NCBI RefSeq assembly: GCF_003918875.1
Contig: NW_025765178.1
Span: forward strand, 1 to 64,000
Length of the DNA: 64,000 bases
Source: Haliotis rubra
Taxonomy: Eukaryota
Direction: 5' to 3'
The notes beneath the pieces were generated by a model. It saw only the letters and a program-made list of their open reading frames with translations, ran no database searches and had not been told where the DNA came from. The position numbers and the translations under genes were made by a program. Of this stretch, positions 1 to 14,000 are shown in pieces; position 1 is the stretch's first letter; each line of letters begins with the position of its first letter.

Positions 1-3000
1 TGCCATGGTGAAGGTCACTGCGTGCAATATGGCGGGTCTCGTGTATCGGCACATACAAACAACATTTTGGTTGGACAGCTCGAAACCCAATACAGGTATG
101 GGATTTTGTTCTGGTCGAGCGGGAACAGATTGGTGGAACGGTAATTTTACTCTTATTAGAAATCCGATGACAATGATGATGATGAATTAATATTTAATTT
201 TAGGTACGTTCGCTATAGAAACCGACCACGCAGTGAACTTGCACGACATCAGACTGGCTGGATGACTTGGAATTAGACCAGTCTGAACCTGGCGTGAATA
301 GCTTCTGACCTACATTCAGGGTAAATCATTACCTTTGGTAAATTAATAGGGATCTCAAGGAATCGGAACAGATTACAATACGGTGAGATGATTATAAGAG
401 ACAAGAAAGATCGCATAACTCATATACAGAAATAAGAGTTGTTTATACGTGACTCATAGCTGAAAAAATTGCGAAGTGCAGCGTTAAACCAACCAAAATG
501 TGCAAGGGAAGAAACACTGATCCAACTTGAACATACACACACATTTATTTATTGCAGGGTAAACTACCGAGAAGGTCTTCCATGCGACCCGGGTGTCAAC
601 GAGGGTGATGAAGGAGTCCTGCAACGTTTCACAGTACACACTCGTGACCCCGCAGTCACTGTGGGATCTGTGTTTGTAGCTATCTGGGTGTGAATGGGTG
701 GTTCTTGACACTGTCCCAAACTTTCGGAACTGGAAGATATCCCATACACAAAGCATAATTGTATCCAATGGTATTTCTAGGTTGGCCTACAGAGGATGCC
801 TACCATCAGCTGAACTGGTCCTTGAGGCAGACTCACTCTGTGGTTGGTGAGAGGTGCCAGGTCTACAAACTGTGAGGGCCATTGTGTGTCTGTGCTGTGC
901 AGGGCGGGTACCCACTGCCAGTAAAGCATGTAACAAAAAACAAAAACAGGTTTGTGGAGTAACGGGAAACCAAACAGAAACAAGGATTAGGACCTATATC
1001 ACATTTCAGTCATTTTATATATATATGTACTATCCTTCCAAAGAAACGCATCATAAAAATAGCAATGTCAGCGTAGCAAATGAATTCAAAACGTGATTCA
1101 TCTTACAAAAGGTTTTGCTCTGTTTATGAGTCCCATGGTGTTTATGTTTTGAAAACATCACAATACAACGCACCATCCGTAAAATACCCGTATTTAACAG
1201 CATGATGTTCAATTCGGCTTGTAGTGTCACAGGATTGCTACAATTCACATGCAATGCACGTGAAACTTCTGGGATCAAATAGTCTCCACAATGGGTATAA
1301 AAGGTTGATCGCTGTCTGTCGATTATTCACCAGGCCCACAGTCTCAACGTGCAGTTCCCTCGACGCCGGCAGAATGTGGCAGCAGATGCCCTCGTAGTGG
1401 GCGACCCGAGCCACCACTGCGTGCAGGATCGCTTACATCAAGTACATCACCCGCTAACAGCCAGCGTTTTAATTCAGTACCGCCGACCAAATACCCGATT
1501 GAGGGAGGCTCAACAGGAACAGGTTGAGAGAGGCTGGTTTCACGTGCCAGAAGACCCTGTGCTCTCACAACAACACATCGTCGACATCGGGTTCAATGGT
1601 GCACCCACGTTCAGCCCTGGAACCCACCAAATTGGCGTAGAATCTGTTCAGTGGGATGAATCACGATTTCATTGGAACGACGCGATGGAAGAATGGTGTA
1701 CAGACGTCGACGTGAATGTTTCACCTACGCTTGCGTTCCCCCAGGTGGACAGATTCGGCGGGGACAGTGTTAAGGGATGCGGGGGCGATCACCCGTCGTA
1801 GGAGAAGTGGATTTGCGATGATCCAGGGCAGCCTGGACAGCTCAACGGCACTCTGGACGAAATCCTACGCCCACCCCTCCAATCATTGATCGCCAGAGGG
1901 AGTTGTTTCAACAGGACAATGCCAGGCCCCACACCGTACGTCACAGTTGAGACTTCTTCCAGAACCACAACATCAATGTGCTCCTTTGGCCCCTCAAGAT
2001 CACCGGACTTAAACCCGATCGAACATCTGCGGGATGCCCTGGACAACCTCAGCCCCAGACACTTCAGCAACTCACACATGCACTACAGGCAGAGTGGGCC
2101 GCGATCAAAACACGAGATTCTGAGACTTATTGCTCGATGTCGGTATTTAATGCCGCGTGGCAGTTCTGGCTGCCCACGGTGGTCACATCGAGGTATTGAC
2201 TTCAGTGCCACCACATCGTCTCCATGTCAAACTCAAACTGACTTCCTTCCTTGAGTTGGTGCCAAAGACGGATAAGTCTGCATCTCAGTCTGGCTAATCA
2301 GGCTATATTTCATTGACTCACAGCTTCCTACAAGATAAGCTCTTCAAAAATAGACATAACAATGCAGTTGGAAATTCCTATATGTTTCTTTGGGAGAGTA
2401 TATATATCACGCTTTTTCTTGCATTTTATGGCTATACGTCCAGTTAATAAACTCACAAACAGGCTAATTAGAGCAGGAAGGATGAGGATTTTATCCATTG
2501 TGTAGCTGTTGAAAACTTACCGTTTTCTAACGAAAACTTCAAACTCTTTTCACATCTAGGTAGAGTAGAAAGAAACATCACAATCAAAGACGTGGTGGAC
2601 GTCAGCGTCTCCAAGCGGTTCTACTGACGTCGACGTCAGTCTGTTCAACACCGTCATGGCTGCCAATTTGACTGACTACCGCGATCACCTGTTTCACGGT
2701 AAGCAGTCTTTCTATACACACTGTGCATACTTTGTAACATTTACATGAGTTGACAGATGAATCCAGGCACGTGTTATTTGTTACTATTGTCTGTAATATT
2801 TGCCCCTTTGGAACAGAGCATGAATACAGTATAGGCGGGAGAAGAGGGTGATGAGCCAACGGGAGTAAGGTTTGACGCCACGCCGACAGGGTTTGGTTTG
2901 ATGGTATTCACAAACATCTGCTTTGTGGTCATTGCCTGCAGGTGAGAATGAATCATACCGTGTACAACTCACACGACACAAATATTCCTTTATTGAAAGC

Positions 3001-6000
3001 TTTAATCAGTTGTTATTAACTCAATCAATCATCTACATAGCACTTCAACAATGTCAATATAATAATGTAAACAGCTGCTATACGTCATGCTTATTTGCAG
3101 GCAAGTCTCTGACATCTGGAGTAAAATATTCCTTCGTGAGAGCGTGGTACAACAAAACCTATTGCATCTTCAAATGAATGGCGTCCCTTATCCGCTAAAC
3201 AGCACCGATCACAGTAACAGTCAAGATGGGCCAAGCTGTAAGTATCTTTTACCTATTATATTGTACATGTTCTACAGAGCTGCCGTTGGTTCCCAGTAAG
3301 AAGGTGAATGTGTTTAGATGGAGGACTTTACCGCTGCTGTGTTACCATTATGGGTGAAAGAGCTTGAAAATAACTCCAACTGACACCAAAGATATAGGAC
3401 TTAGACACAGAACGAAACCTTGTCCAGTGGATGGTTCCTTCAGAGTCAGAGCGGCATCCCCAGACAGGGTCTTTTATCAGCACCCGTGCAAGGAGGCATT
3501 TTGAATACTGACTTGATCACCGTCTAATTGCAGTTCACTAATTCAATAGACAATCGTATAACTGTCGAATTTGGAGGACTCCATTCTTTAAAGGCAATAG
3601 TCCCAGTATTATATACCATGCGCGATGGTATCACAGTATCCATGAATCAGGGGACCTGTCCCTTCACCAGCTATACTCGCGACAGGTCTGAGGTTACGTC
3701 CAAACACCGTCTACTACTGCAGTGTCCTGGCTTACAACAAGGCTGGTCTAATAGCTACTTCCATTCTGATGGAGTACAGGTGGACGTCATGCTCCAGTGG
3801 CAGTAAGAATAATGGACGGACTCGGTCTGTACATTGTCAATTTATTCTTCTCTTGATGGTTCAACATAGGTATGATATACAGTAAACTTTTAAACATATT
3901 TATTATATAATGTTGAAAATGTATGCAGATATCCATGACGTGGACTACCAGGAGTTCAACATCCGAAGTCTTTGCCTCCTGGTACGGCTCTTCTCAGACA
4001 CAGACTCCACCATAGCCAAGTATTTCTGGTGTGTGGGGACAATCAATGACACATCAGATTGCAGTTTGATGGACTGGTTGGCTACAGGACTACACACATC
4101 TTCTAGGAGGTCACCTATCTCCAATCGTTAATGGTCAGTGAGCATAGAAAGCTACATTATGTTAGTGCCACTTATGTTAGTTATAGGATGATGTGTATAT
4201 ATATACCTATCACATGATTTACTATCTCGTTCAGGTACAAGGAACATGGGAGCAAGGTGTATGCGGTGGATGTGCTGTTGGTTAACTCTGATGTTGTTGT
4301 ATCTGATGGAGTCGTTGTTGATGAATTCCACCTGAACGTCAGGGATGTAGCATATCTTGGAGACAATCTGAGAAGAACCCATCTTTCTTGAGGTAGACGA
4401 TATTACAGGAAGTACGTCAAGCTGCAAACCTCAAGTCATACCAACATCATGTGGGAAACTGACACAGCGTCGTGTATCAAGGTTCAGGCGCCGGATTCAA
4501 TCTTTAGCTAAAGATGGACATAAGCGTTTACGGGTCCGTAAGTGGAAGCATCCAACAAACGATCTCAAGTCTTGAGGTTGGAGACAGTACAGCTGACTCT
4601 GTATGCTGGATACCCAGAGACTGTTTCCAACTCCCACAGATCAGTTGATGCAATATTACAATAGGAAGGGAAGTCTTCATCTTTACCCTGGACCCTAACC
4701 TCTGTAGAGGCACCTGCAGTGTCGGAGATCACTCAGTCGTCCCTCTGGAACAAGCACACATACAGGTTCACAGCCAGATACCAGCCCTGTCCGAAGATAT
4801 CGTCATCAAGGATGATTGAGTTTGTAATTGACCATGGGCGTCCAGACCGTGGACTATGTTGTTGGTCAGACAGTGTGGACACCTCGGAGGAGAATCTGGT
4901 GGTCCATTCTGTGTTCTGTCTCAATTGGTCATCTCTGCATGTTTCCTGGTAACTTTGAGGGACCAACAGTCTCCAATTACACAGTACGAATGGGCGATTG
5001 GTAACTAGTTTTGCTGTCATTACGTCCATACACTTTTGTAACTACATATATGCACCGCTGGGATTGGAGTTAATGGCAAAATGTCCGATATTATGGTTCC
5101 AAGAACAAGATATTAACTTGTATATTCCTCACTAGTTTTAAGGATTTTCAGTCGGGGACGTAGAAGAAAGCAAAATCCCCTGACATAGGACCAGATCTGA
5201 AACTATAGCTAAGTAGACTCCCTGCTTTGTTCAATTCACGTGGGTACAATATGCAAAGTACATTTCTATTGTCCCTCCGGTCTTGATATTGCCGATTATT
5301 AAGCAAAAATCAGCGTACAAACACACACACACAATAATAATAATAACATATACACAGTAATTTTCTAACCTTCGAGAACCCATCACCACACCATTGCTTA
5401 AGTGCTGTTACCGCTATAATTATACATTTAAGTCCATGTGTAAGTTATTGCTTATTATATCAGAGGGTCCCAGTTCCATGGCACAACCTCGAGTGGTACA
5501 CATGTCCAGGCCACACGGAACGATCGAGCCAATAGGAACACTGTCTAACGTACAGCTGCTCCATGGGACCACTTACATTACTCGTCATGGCGACGAATGC
5601 CGCTGGCTGACAGTTGTAACGTACGCTGACGCCATCACAGTAGATTAAGGACTGCACCAAAGTTCGACCCCATCAGATGGTCTGATGGTAAAATCTGACA
5701 TTGATAATTAAGTTGGTATAAGTCCACATCTATTGGATGGATTAACATTACATATCTCAATAACTGGAAAGAGTTCTTCGTAACATAGTAATCTAGTTGG
5801 TTTCATTGACACAGATGAGGTTTACGTTTGTTCCAGGACGAGATGAAGACTATCAGACATCAGGGTGTGGTGGAGTGCCCATCGCGTCGTAGATGAAGAA
5901 CAGGTGTAGAAACACTGCGACTGGGCTATTGGTACGTGGTATAACTTCATTGTTACAAGCTTAAAAGATTAGTTTTCTGTGTTCTTATCATAAAGTGGTT

Positions 6001-7695
6001 GGAATGAAAGATTCATGTATGACACAGGAACTTAGTGGCTATTTTCAGAGAGTAAAACATCTACGTCAGACACATATGGTGGCAATCCTAAAATGATCAA
6101 TATTAAGGTAAATAATATGAAATATATTTGGAAATTACCAGACATTTGCAAGCAAAACGATAAAAATGTATGTGGAAATATGTGTACTGAACTCATCTTG
6201 GGTCCAAAGCTGGAATATGTAGTTCACGAAGCATCTTCACTACACAGTAAATTGACACAAGTACTGAGTTTTAATGTATAATTTAGGATGGAAGCAGTTC
6301 CATCGTGTATAGCAAGTTTTCCATTCTCACACTATCTAAAAAATAGTCCTTATGTATTCATATACCATGGAAGGAATAAGGGAACACATGTGCTATTAGG
6401 TGGTGTTCCCTTATTTATTTCCAGGATTCCCACAGTGCAATACATAAATTTAAAGAAACCTTGTAAGAGAATAAAGGGAACACTCCAATAATGTTCATAT
6501 GTTCCCCTGTTCGCTCTAAGGAGTATATACAACATCTTAACCATTTCGCATGTACTAAGGTAAATTAGTATCCGTTCAATGACAAGTGGAGCATCGGGGC
6601 AGCAGGACATGAAGCAGTTTGAGAGGGTCCCCTGGTCAGTCCACAGCTCCATCATGACATCGCTCTATTCCACATCGCCCGTGACAGTCTACACCAGTCC
6701 GATGCTCAACAAGGTGGGGCTGGCGGCGACGCGACGTTTAATGGAAGTTGAAGTGGTCCAGACAAGGAACCAGACATCAGTTCCTGGCTTCCAGTGTCCT
6801 GAGAGAGAAAGTCAGTCGGTGTACAGCGAGGGGATATGTGTGTGACCAGAGTCACGAGAAAGTCCGACTCCAATGGGACAAAACCAGCCGACATTTCAAA
6901 ACAGTGGTAAACTGGAATATCTTCAGAAAATCAGAAAACACTGAATGTAAACCATCAATCATTGGTGCAGCGTTATAATATTGTAGTTACAAATATCATA
7001 ATCTTGAGGGTAGTTGCTACAGTAAACAGAACTACAGCAGTTGCGGGTGTTTCAGGATCGGTATTGAGGGAGATACGCTGACACACCAGAGTGTTGTCCC
7101 CGTCCATCTGAGTACACCTGCATACATTAGTGGAGGTGTAACACTGAAGGATGGATCGACATATCATGCCCTCACTTATCCCATTGATGATGGGGAACAC
7201 ACGGAGACAACTTATGCTGAACTTCAGGGTATAGGCTTCTCCAGCGACAATAGGTGGTGGTTTGGTGCTGTAAAACAGCTAGTCAAAATTCAAACAAATG
7301 TACGTCTATACCCAGATATCTTACATTCATATTGCTCAAACCGTGATAAATAAGTCACACTATCTAGTATGGATTATCACATTCCGTCCGTTTTCGTAAA
7401 ATATCTGCAATATTCACGTGTTTAACATCTTCCCACAGATTCTGGCCGTTTGTCTGTGGTCAAACTGGCGACCGACTGACCGTCGCCTGGCGGAATATGT
7501 TTGCTTCCTCCTGGGACGACCTTGAAGTATGAAGTTCACGTTGGAACAGCTCCGGAGGTTTATATTGTAGACAAGCTGTTAACAGAAAACGACGAAATCA
7601 CCTGGACTTTAAATTCGCAATATCGGGGATTTGATGATTTATGTTACCTAACCGTTATTGACACGTGTGTCCATGTCCTGGTCCACAAACAGTAA
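1..7695 (+). CDS. Paralogue A: 3' exons of a giant FN3-like repeat / CBM-containing extracellular protein; frame-disrupted in this assembly (pseudogene or base-call errors)
   Basis: Exon-by-exon collinear with copy B 38522-46672. Approximate exons: 1-96 (VKVTACNMAGL..DSSKP), 203-382, 557-698, 781-949, 2560-2698, ~2810-2941, 3100-3237, ~3305-3500, ~3628-3826, 3929-4130, 4234-5000 (CBM exon), 5463-5687, 5836-5931, ~6588-6907, ~7018-7230, 7439-7695 (YEVHVGT..AVIDTC). Many GT/AG junctions are at positions equivalent to B. Numerous 1-bp indels. Confidence 0.85.
1028..2400 (+). mobile_element. Tc1/mariner DNA transposon (degenerate) in an intron of paralogue A
   Basis: Transposase motifs across frames: DESRF (~1655), DRFGG, QQDNARPH (~1910), SPDLNPIEH (~2000). 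Imperfect TIRs TACTATCCTTCCAAAGAAAC (1028) and GTTTCTTTGGGAGAGTA (to 2400) with TA flanks. Confidence 0.85.
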
Positions 7696-8610
7696 GCTTG
7701 AACCAAGTGCACTTCATTCGTGTTTCTATACTCATATGGTAAAATTTAAACCAGCATGGTGCAACTGATTTTCATTCTCTTCAATGATGATATATTATAC
7801 ACTATTCAATTTGAATAGTAATTCATGGAATAATACAAACTATACTCCTTTACGAACACACATTACTCATGTTGTGCACGCAATGGCACATCGCAACATG
7901 TCTCTATGAGAAAGGTATTCGCCTTTTCATGGTAATGCAGTAGACTGAGCGGTATACCGTTGACCTTGCAACAGAGGACATGAAGTGTGGATGTGTTATA
8001 TATATTTTTCTCGTAAATTGCATGTATGTCCTTGTATTCTCTTTATAACCTTGGTATTTACATTTTTATCCATCCTATTCACATATTCGTTCAATATAAG
8101 TAGCCACCATAACTGAACGTAACCTAGAAAACAAACACGCATACATCCTTGTACTTGTGCAATGTCAAGGAAAGAAATATGATTGTATCGATTAGTATAC
8201 AATAACAGGATTGCAGGAGGAGAATGCCCGAGTAACTCCCATTCTTCTGAAGTGATTGAACCAAGGATCGTCCTGAATAAAGTTATTAGGATATTCCTCC
8301 TTCCTTGACAGAACCCCACTTTCACACCCTTTTCATCTCTTACTTGTGGAAGCTATCTGGAAAAATAACGCGACGCTTCATTTGTGTTTTGTGAATTTCT
8401 TTGATGCACATGGCATGCGTTCTTTGTAGATTCAAGCATTGAAAGCTTCATCGCAAGCGATCCTTACAATTCATATGCACCGCTGGTTCATGGTCCCAAT
8501 CGTAAATATTAAAAGTCGCCGTTTATAGAAAAAAGGACCTTTAGTGTAATTTGGGTTTAACGCCACGTCTGAACAGTGTATAAAACACGGATATAATGGA
8601 GGAAAGACCA

Positions 8611-9045
8611 CATGCACATCTCAAACGTGAAACCCTCTTGTAGGGGTGGTACATCTCAAACGTGAAACTCAGGTAGGTGATGCAACATCCTTAAACTTGG
8701 AAACCTCGTGTACGGGTGATGCACATCTCAAACGTGAAATCGCGTATAGGGTGAAGCACATCTCAAACGTGAAACCTCGTACGTAAGGATGTAACATCTC
8801 AAAACGTGAAACCCTCGCAATGGGTGATGCACCCTCAAAACGTGGAACCCTTTCGTGTAGGTGATGCAATACATCTCAAACGTGAAACCTTGTGTAGGTG
8901 ATGCACATCTCAATCTTGGAACCCTCAAAATGGGTAAGGGATGCACATCTCAAACGTGAAACCCGTGTACGGGCGGGATGCACATCTCAAACGTGAAATA
9001 ACATATAGTGATGTACATCTCAAACGTGAAATCGCGTATAGGGTA
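8611..9045. repeat. Minisatellite, ~35-bp unit (GATGCACATCTCAAACGTGAAA + variable ~13 nt), ~12 copies
   Basis: Direct tandem recurrence of CACATCTCAAACGTGAAA at ~35-nt period. Confidence 0.9.
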
Positions 9046-9078
9046 AGCTGATGCTGTCAAATCAAGAAACACAACCTG

Positions 9079-9245
9079 AGCGGCGGCGGGTAGCCTAGTG
9101 GTTCATGCGTTCGCTCAACACGCTGAAGACCCGGTTCAATTCCCAACATGGGTACAATGTGTGAAACCCATTTCTGGTGTGTCTCCCGCAGGACATTGCT
9201 GGAATATTGCTAAAAACGGCGTAAAAAGAAAACCTACCTCACACA
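9079..9245 (+). mobile_element. tRNA-derived SINE (abalone-type, family 1)
   Basis: A-box TAGCCTAGTGG, B-box-like GGTTCAATTCCC, body ATGGGTACAATGTGTGAAACCCATTTCTGGTG, tail GGAATATTGCTAAAAACGGCGTAAAA. A reverse-strand relative lies at ~47835-47960. Confidence 0.85.
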
Positions 9246-9693
9246 ATCTGAGCGAACAGGGATTCGAACGGGGGTCAAAGGTGTATCGCGTATCGAAACG
9301 ACGCAACTCCTCTCAATAGGGACTTCCATGTCTGGAAGGATCCCAACGGATGCACCTGTTCATACAGAGCCTAGAACAAACAGTATTTGCTCTGTTTTAG
9401 TTTCTTGTCGTTAAAGCTTTACAGGATGTAACACAAAAAATATCTTGTTAGAATTCAAAGGAAATATACATTTTGAAAGACAAGAATATTAATTTCATAC
9501 CGTTATAAAGTATAAAACGGACTGAACAGAATCCCTCAACTCGCCATTGGGAGATACACATGCAGTAACGTAAACTTAGAAATTCTGTCTTAACCTTATA
9601 GTCCCTCACGACTGTTATGGTCATAGCAGCAACTGGCATAATTTGACTGGGTTGGGCTGTGGGTGTCTGGATTATTGTCTTTCATCAAAATTA

Positions 9694-10010
9694 TACACAA
9701 AGAACTTAATTAAGCACCCCTGTATTTTTGCAATGATAGGTTTCCAACACGTACATAAAACCTGTCGTGGAAAAACAGTTTTTCTGACAGTTATGATCCT
9801 TTGACTCATGCAAACAGACAAAATGATTGGAATCCATGTTGATTTTATGATGATAATTGCTCATTTAAATACAAACACATACTGATTTTCATACAAAACC
9901 ATGTCTATACAAGTATGGCCCTAGGTGTTTCATGTTGAATTTACTATTGTACGTGAACATTCAACACTTTGCCAAATGTTATGAGCCAAAACCAGGAGGG
10001 TGTTATTAAC
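9694..10010. mobile_element. Non-autonomous Tc1-like element (family shared with 36385-36904 and 55417-55740)
   Basis: Starts TACACAAAGAACTTAATTAAGCACCCCTGTATTTTTGCAATGATA, the same terminus as the other two copies; internal sequence aligns by eye with 36420-36610. Confidence 0.7.
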
Positions 10011-12569
10011 CAGCCACTGGCTGGTCAGTTGAGATAACACTTGAGTCCACTGCAGAAACCGGTTCAATGACGCGTTTGTTATTATATCTGCCGTTGATCA
10101 GTGTATACTCTTCCAACGAATCAGTATAAACTAGATTATATTTTTCATATGGCAATGTGTATGCATTATTATATGACCGCAGGATATACAGGAAGATATC
10201 AAATCACGTATTGACGATCACTGCTTCCTGCCTTGTGTTGTGCCGGAATTTCAGCATGTGTTTAGCATCGTATATGGGTGTTGCAAGCTCCAATTCATCT
10301 GTAACTCAGGTGTTTCTGGTAGTTTATCGTTATTCCGTTATTACACGTTACAGTTTTATTTCGAAAACATTTGATTTTTATGAAAACAGTCAAATGTATA
10401 TATCTTAATATCTAATACATATACAGTAAATGAATATCAAAAGTAGGTAATAAAGGGGAGTAATGAAGTAACACCGATTACACCGATTGTTGTAAATCGT
10501 GCATAGCATATGAACAATTCATCCCACGGAATTACATGTAATCGACGAGTACAACATGTGCTAGACACCATGTTTCAGTGTGTATGTATTGAGTTTAATT
10601 CCACGCTATCTTTAGTAATATCCAGGATATGTCCAGAGACAGTTTCGCCATTATGACATTAGTCAGATGTCGATGTTGGCAACTGTGGCGATAAATTCAA
10701 ATGCTACAAGGTTCATTTTGCATTTTTAACTTCAGGGTTAGGTAAGACTAACCGATTCATACCGTGGGCGAATTATAAGTTGTAAGTTTACACCCACCCC
10801 CGTGCTACCGTGTGTCTATTCAAAGTCAGGCTAAGGCGGACTGGTAGCGATTTCCCCAACGACGTTTTTCGCAATTTGCAGCGCGGCTGTGGTTTTCTGA
10901 ATGACGCACCCGAGCAAGCTTTATTGAGACGTATACCGTTTCCTTGGCCGCATTGATCAACGATCGTAAACCTTGACTTCTATAGGACACTTATCTGAAT
11001 ACCTAACTGTGAATAGTTTTACACGTAGTTGCATGCTTCAGATCGTCTTTGGATCATAGCCGTGAGGGTTGTTTAACCCCTTTATCAGTCGGCTCGCATG
11101 CGATATGCCATAGGGCTGTATGGGCATGTTATACCGTACCAGCCAGCGCTGCATGAAACAACACATGCAATGTTTCACATTGTTTAATGTGGCGAAGTAC
11201 ACAATGATACAATGTACATTGTGAAAGTTATATTTAGTTTATTGTTTTCGCTGCATTCATTATTACACTTTTCACGGCCAGTTCAAATGATCGAACCAGT
11301 CCGCTGAGTGGTTGATATTAGGAGCACCGTCCATGATGATAATTCACCTGACCAAACCAATTCCGATCCATATAGTGGGATTGTAACAAGAAGTTGCTGT
11401 GGAAATACAAAGGCAATGGGGATAATGGATGCTGCATCATACTTCATGTGTCATCAAATTAAGCAAACACGTAAATGAGTAATACTTTCCTTTACGAAAC
11501 AGTAAAAGTAAGAATCTGGATCCTGATGGATCACTCATTGTCACTGCAAAGGGTTAGTCTATTGACAACATGGAAATGCTATATTATGATAAACATAAGA
11601 ATGTACAATATGCGGAAATAAACGATAATTTCTTTGCATTACATCAGCATACACCTTGATAATTTCACTGTTTAAGGTTTAATCGATCAAACTCTTTGAG
11701 AAAATATTTCATGACATCATCTTACAAATCCTAGTTTGAAATGATTTTATATTTCCCAATATCGTTACAACATGGAAGAATACGCGATACAAGGATCTCA
11801 GTCAGTTAATCAGTATTTGGACAACACATATAGACGCACTTAAAAGCTATAACAGGCGTTAAGGCGTGGTTAATCTCTATCACCAAGAGGGTTAAAGTCC
11901 GTAACGTAAATTCGTACACGTCTGCTCTTGTCGTTTTGAAAGGAACATGAAACTTCTGTTGAGAAATTTCCATTATAAAGTCCGTTTGAATATCACTTCT
12001 GGTTCCATGTATGCCGGTTTTGGTGTAAGGGATCATTGGGGGTTGCGACACCCTGGCCTGTTCACTCATGAGCTGGCATAGTTGAAGAGAGAACAAGTTT
12101 TCATCTCAGGTGGGATCTGTAACTTAATGGTTTAGTGAACTGTTCCAGACGAATTCAGGATGCAGTACGTGATGTGATTTCAAGCCAGCTTTATAAGGGT
12201 TCACAAACCGTCAACATATGTTGTGAGATTTCTTTTCTTCTTGTTACTCCAAACCATGTCATCTGGCCGGAACCAAAATGGTAAGTACATCAACGTGATG
12301 ATTAAGGCTGCATTTAATACGACAACTTATTCTGTCCTTGGGTCTCGACTACCGTAATGACTCCTATATAATACTCACCAAAGATCAATATGAGGACTGC
12401 AATGAGTGCAGAACACTGCAGCAATGGTAGTGAGTAGGATCTGTTGTGAGATCACATTCAACATGTCCCAAATCTCTTCATTGGCTACGTAAGTAGAAGA
12501 GAGGATACAGTTCAAAATTTGGTCAACACATACCACGCTGTTCACAAGACATCTCCATACCTGCAAACT

Positions 12570-12850
12570 TTAAACATCTGGTCTACCAGCCTACGCGAAG
12601 CCTACGCTCCGCTGATCAGTTCCTCCTTTGGTGTTCCTTCCCACAAGGTGCCATAACGTTTCAGTACCGCTGTAGTTTGGAGCTCTCTCCTACATCTGCG
12701 ATGCTCAGGTGTTGACGTTTTTAAAGCTCATCTCAAGACCTATCTCTTTGGGAGATATTAGTATTCACTTGAATTCATTAAGTTACGCCTGAGAATGGCC
12801 TTGAGGTGTGGAGAACAGCGCTATACAAAGGTCATGATTATTAGTATTTT
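12570..12850 (+). mobile_element. 3' end of an L2/CR1-group LINE
   Basis: Degenerate ORF2 C-terminus LRSADQFLL..VP..WSSL..FKAHLKTYLF, followed by a 3'UTR ending GCGCTATACAAA and a (TTA)-like tail. Confidence 0.65.
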
Positions 12851-13293
12851 AACCATTAATGTATCGTATAGTTTACATTGCAATAGTCATCCTCGTCCTT
12901 ATAACCTTTGGAAAAAAATGTTTGTTGTTAGATTACGAGTTAAAGCATTTCCAGTATATAAAAACAAGCTACAATAATCCCACAAATAAACTTTCCGTTA
13001 ATGTTATAATGAGGCACGAGCGGCCAGGGTGTCTGGCTGGCGTAATCGCATTCGTCATCAAATAGTCGTGCCACCCGTAACCAGAATCCTCGTGCATACA
13101 CTTAATTTGTGAGCTTAATCCGTAGGGTTTCACCTTATGAATCCGTCCAATCTCCTGAAACGTTTTTCTGACCAAGGAGTGTAGACTTGTGCGCCCATGT
13201 AATTCAGCTCTCGTGATATTTTAAGCAGTAAAACCACTGCGGATATGCCATGCAATAGGGTAATATATATTTATATTCATTATGGTTTATTAA

Positions 13294-13362
13294 CGCACAC
13301 GCGCGCGCGCATCGCACACACACACACACACACACACACATAAATATATATATATATATATA
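13294..13362. repeat. Compound microsatellite (CG)n(CA)n(TA)n
   Basis: Directly visible. Confidence 0.9.
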
Positions 13363-14000
13363 TCACCCAGTGGTTTTGATGCTTATTTATGTATAAACTG
13401 TTTTGAAATTAATGTTTTGATATATAGAAGACAATTATTATACCATAAACTATGCTTTTAATTCTTTTCTTTAAATTGTAATTCTCGTAATAAGCAAACC
13501 GACGTTTGTGACATTACGTAAAACAAGCAAAATCATATAAGTTCAGTCTATTCAGGGCGGTCTGACATAAGGTGTCGATTCTTCTGAATAAGCCGTCTAA
13601 TGAACGATTTGGCTCGATGTAAGAACAATAGAAAAAACCCATTTTATATGTTGGCAAGTGTATTCAATAAAACACTAACTAAGTGATGATATTATCGTTT
13701 ATGAATACCATTTGACCCTCGTTACGTTGGGGTAAATATCAACAAAATTCAACCATAACGCCATACAAAATATGGTTTCAATTTCGTAATTGAATATAAC
13801 GTCCCACGTAATAAATAATATCTCTTTTGAGATAACTTGAAAGTTATTATGTTCAAGGATGAAGCATTGCAGCAAGCACTCCCCACTCTTTTGCTGTCTG
13901 AAGTCATGTCGGGGTATTAAAGTGGTGTCGGTATTACACAACAGTTCGGCGCCAAATAAGTGTCAGGTTGGCTAGATACAATGTATGGTGACAGATTCAA

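Noticed and set aside
8611-9045. CRISPR-like repeat-spacer array
   Set aside because: The variable parts are only ~13 nt, resemble each other and recur; there are no cas genes and the context is eukaryotic. It is a minisatellite.
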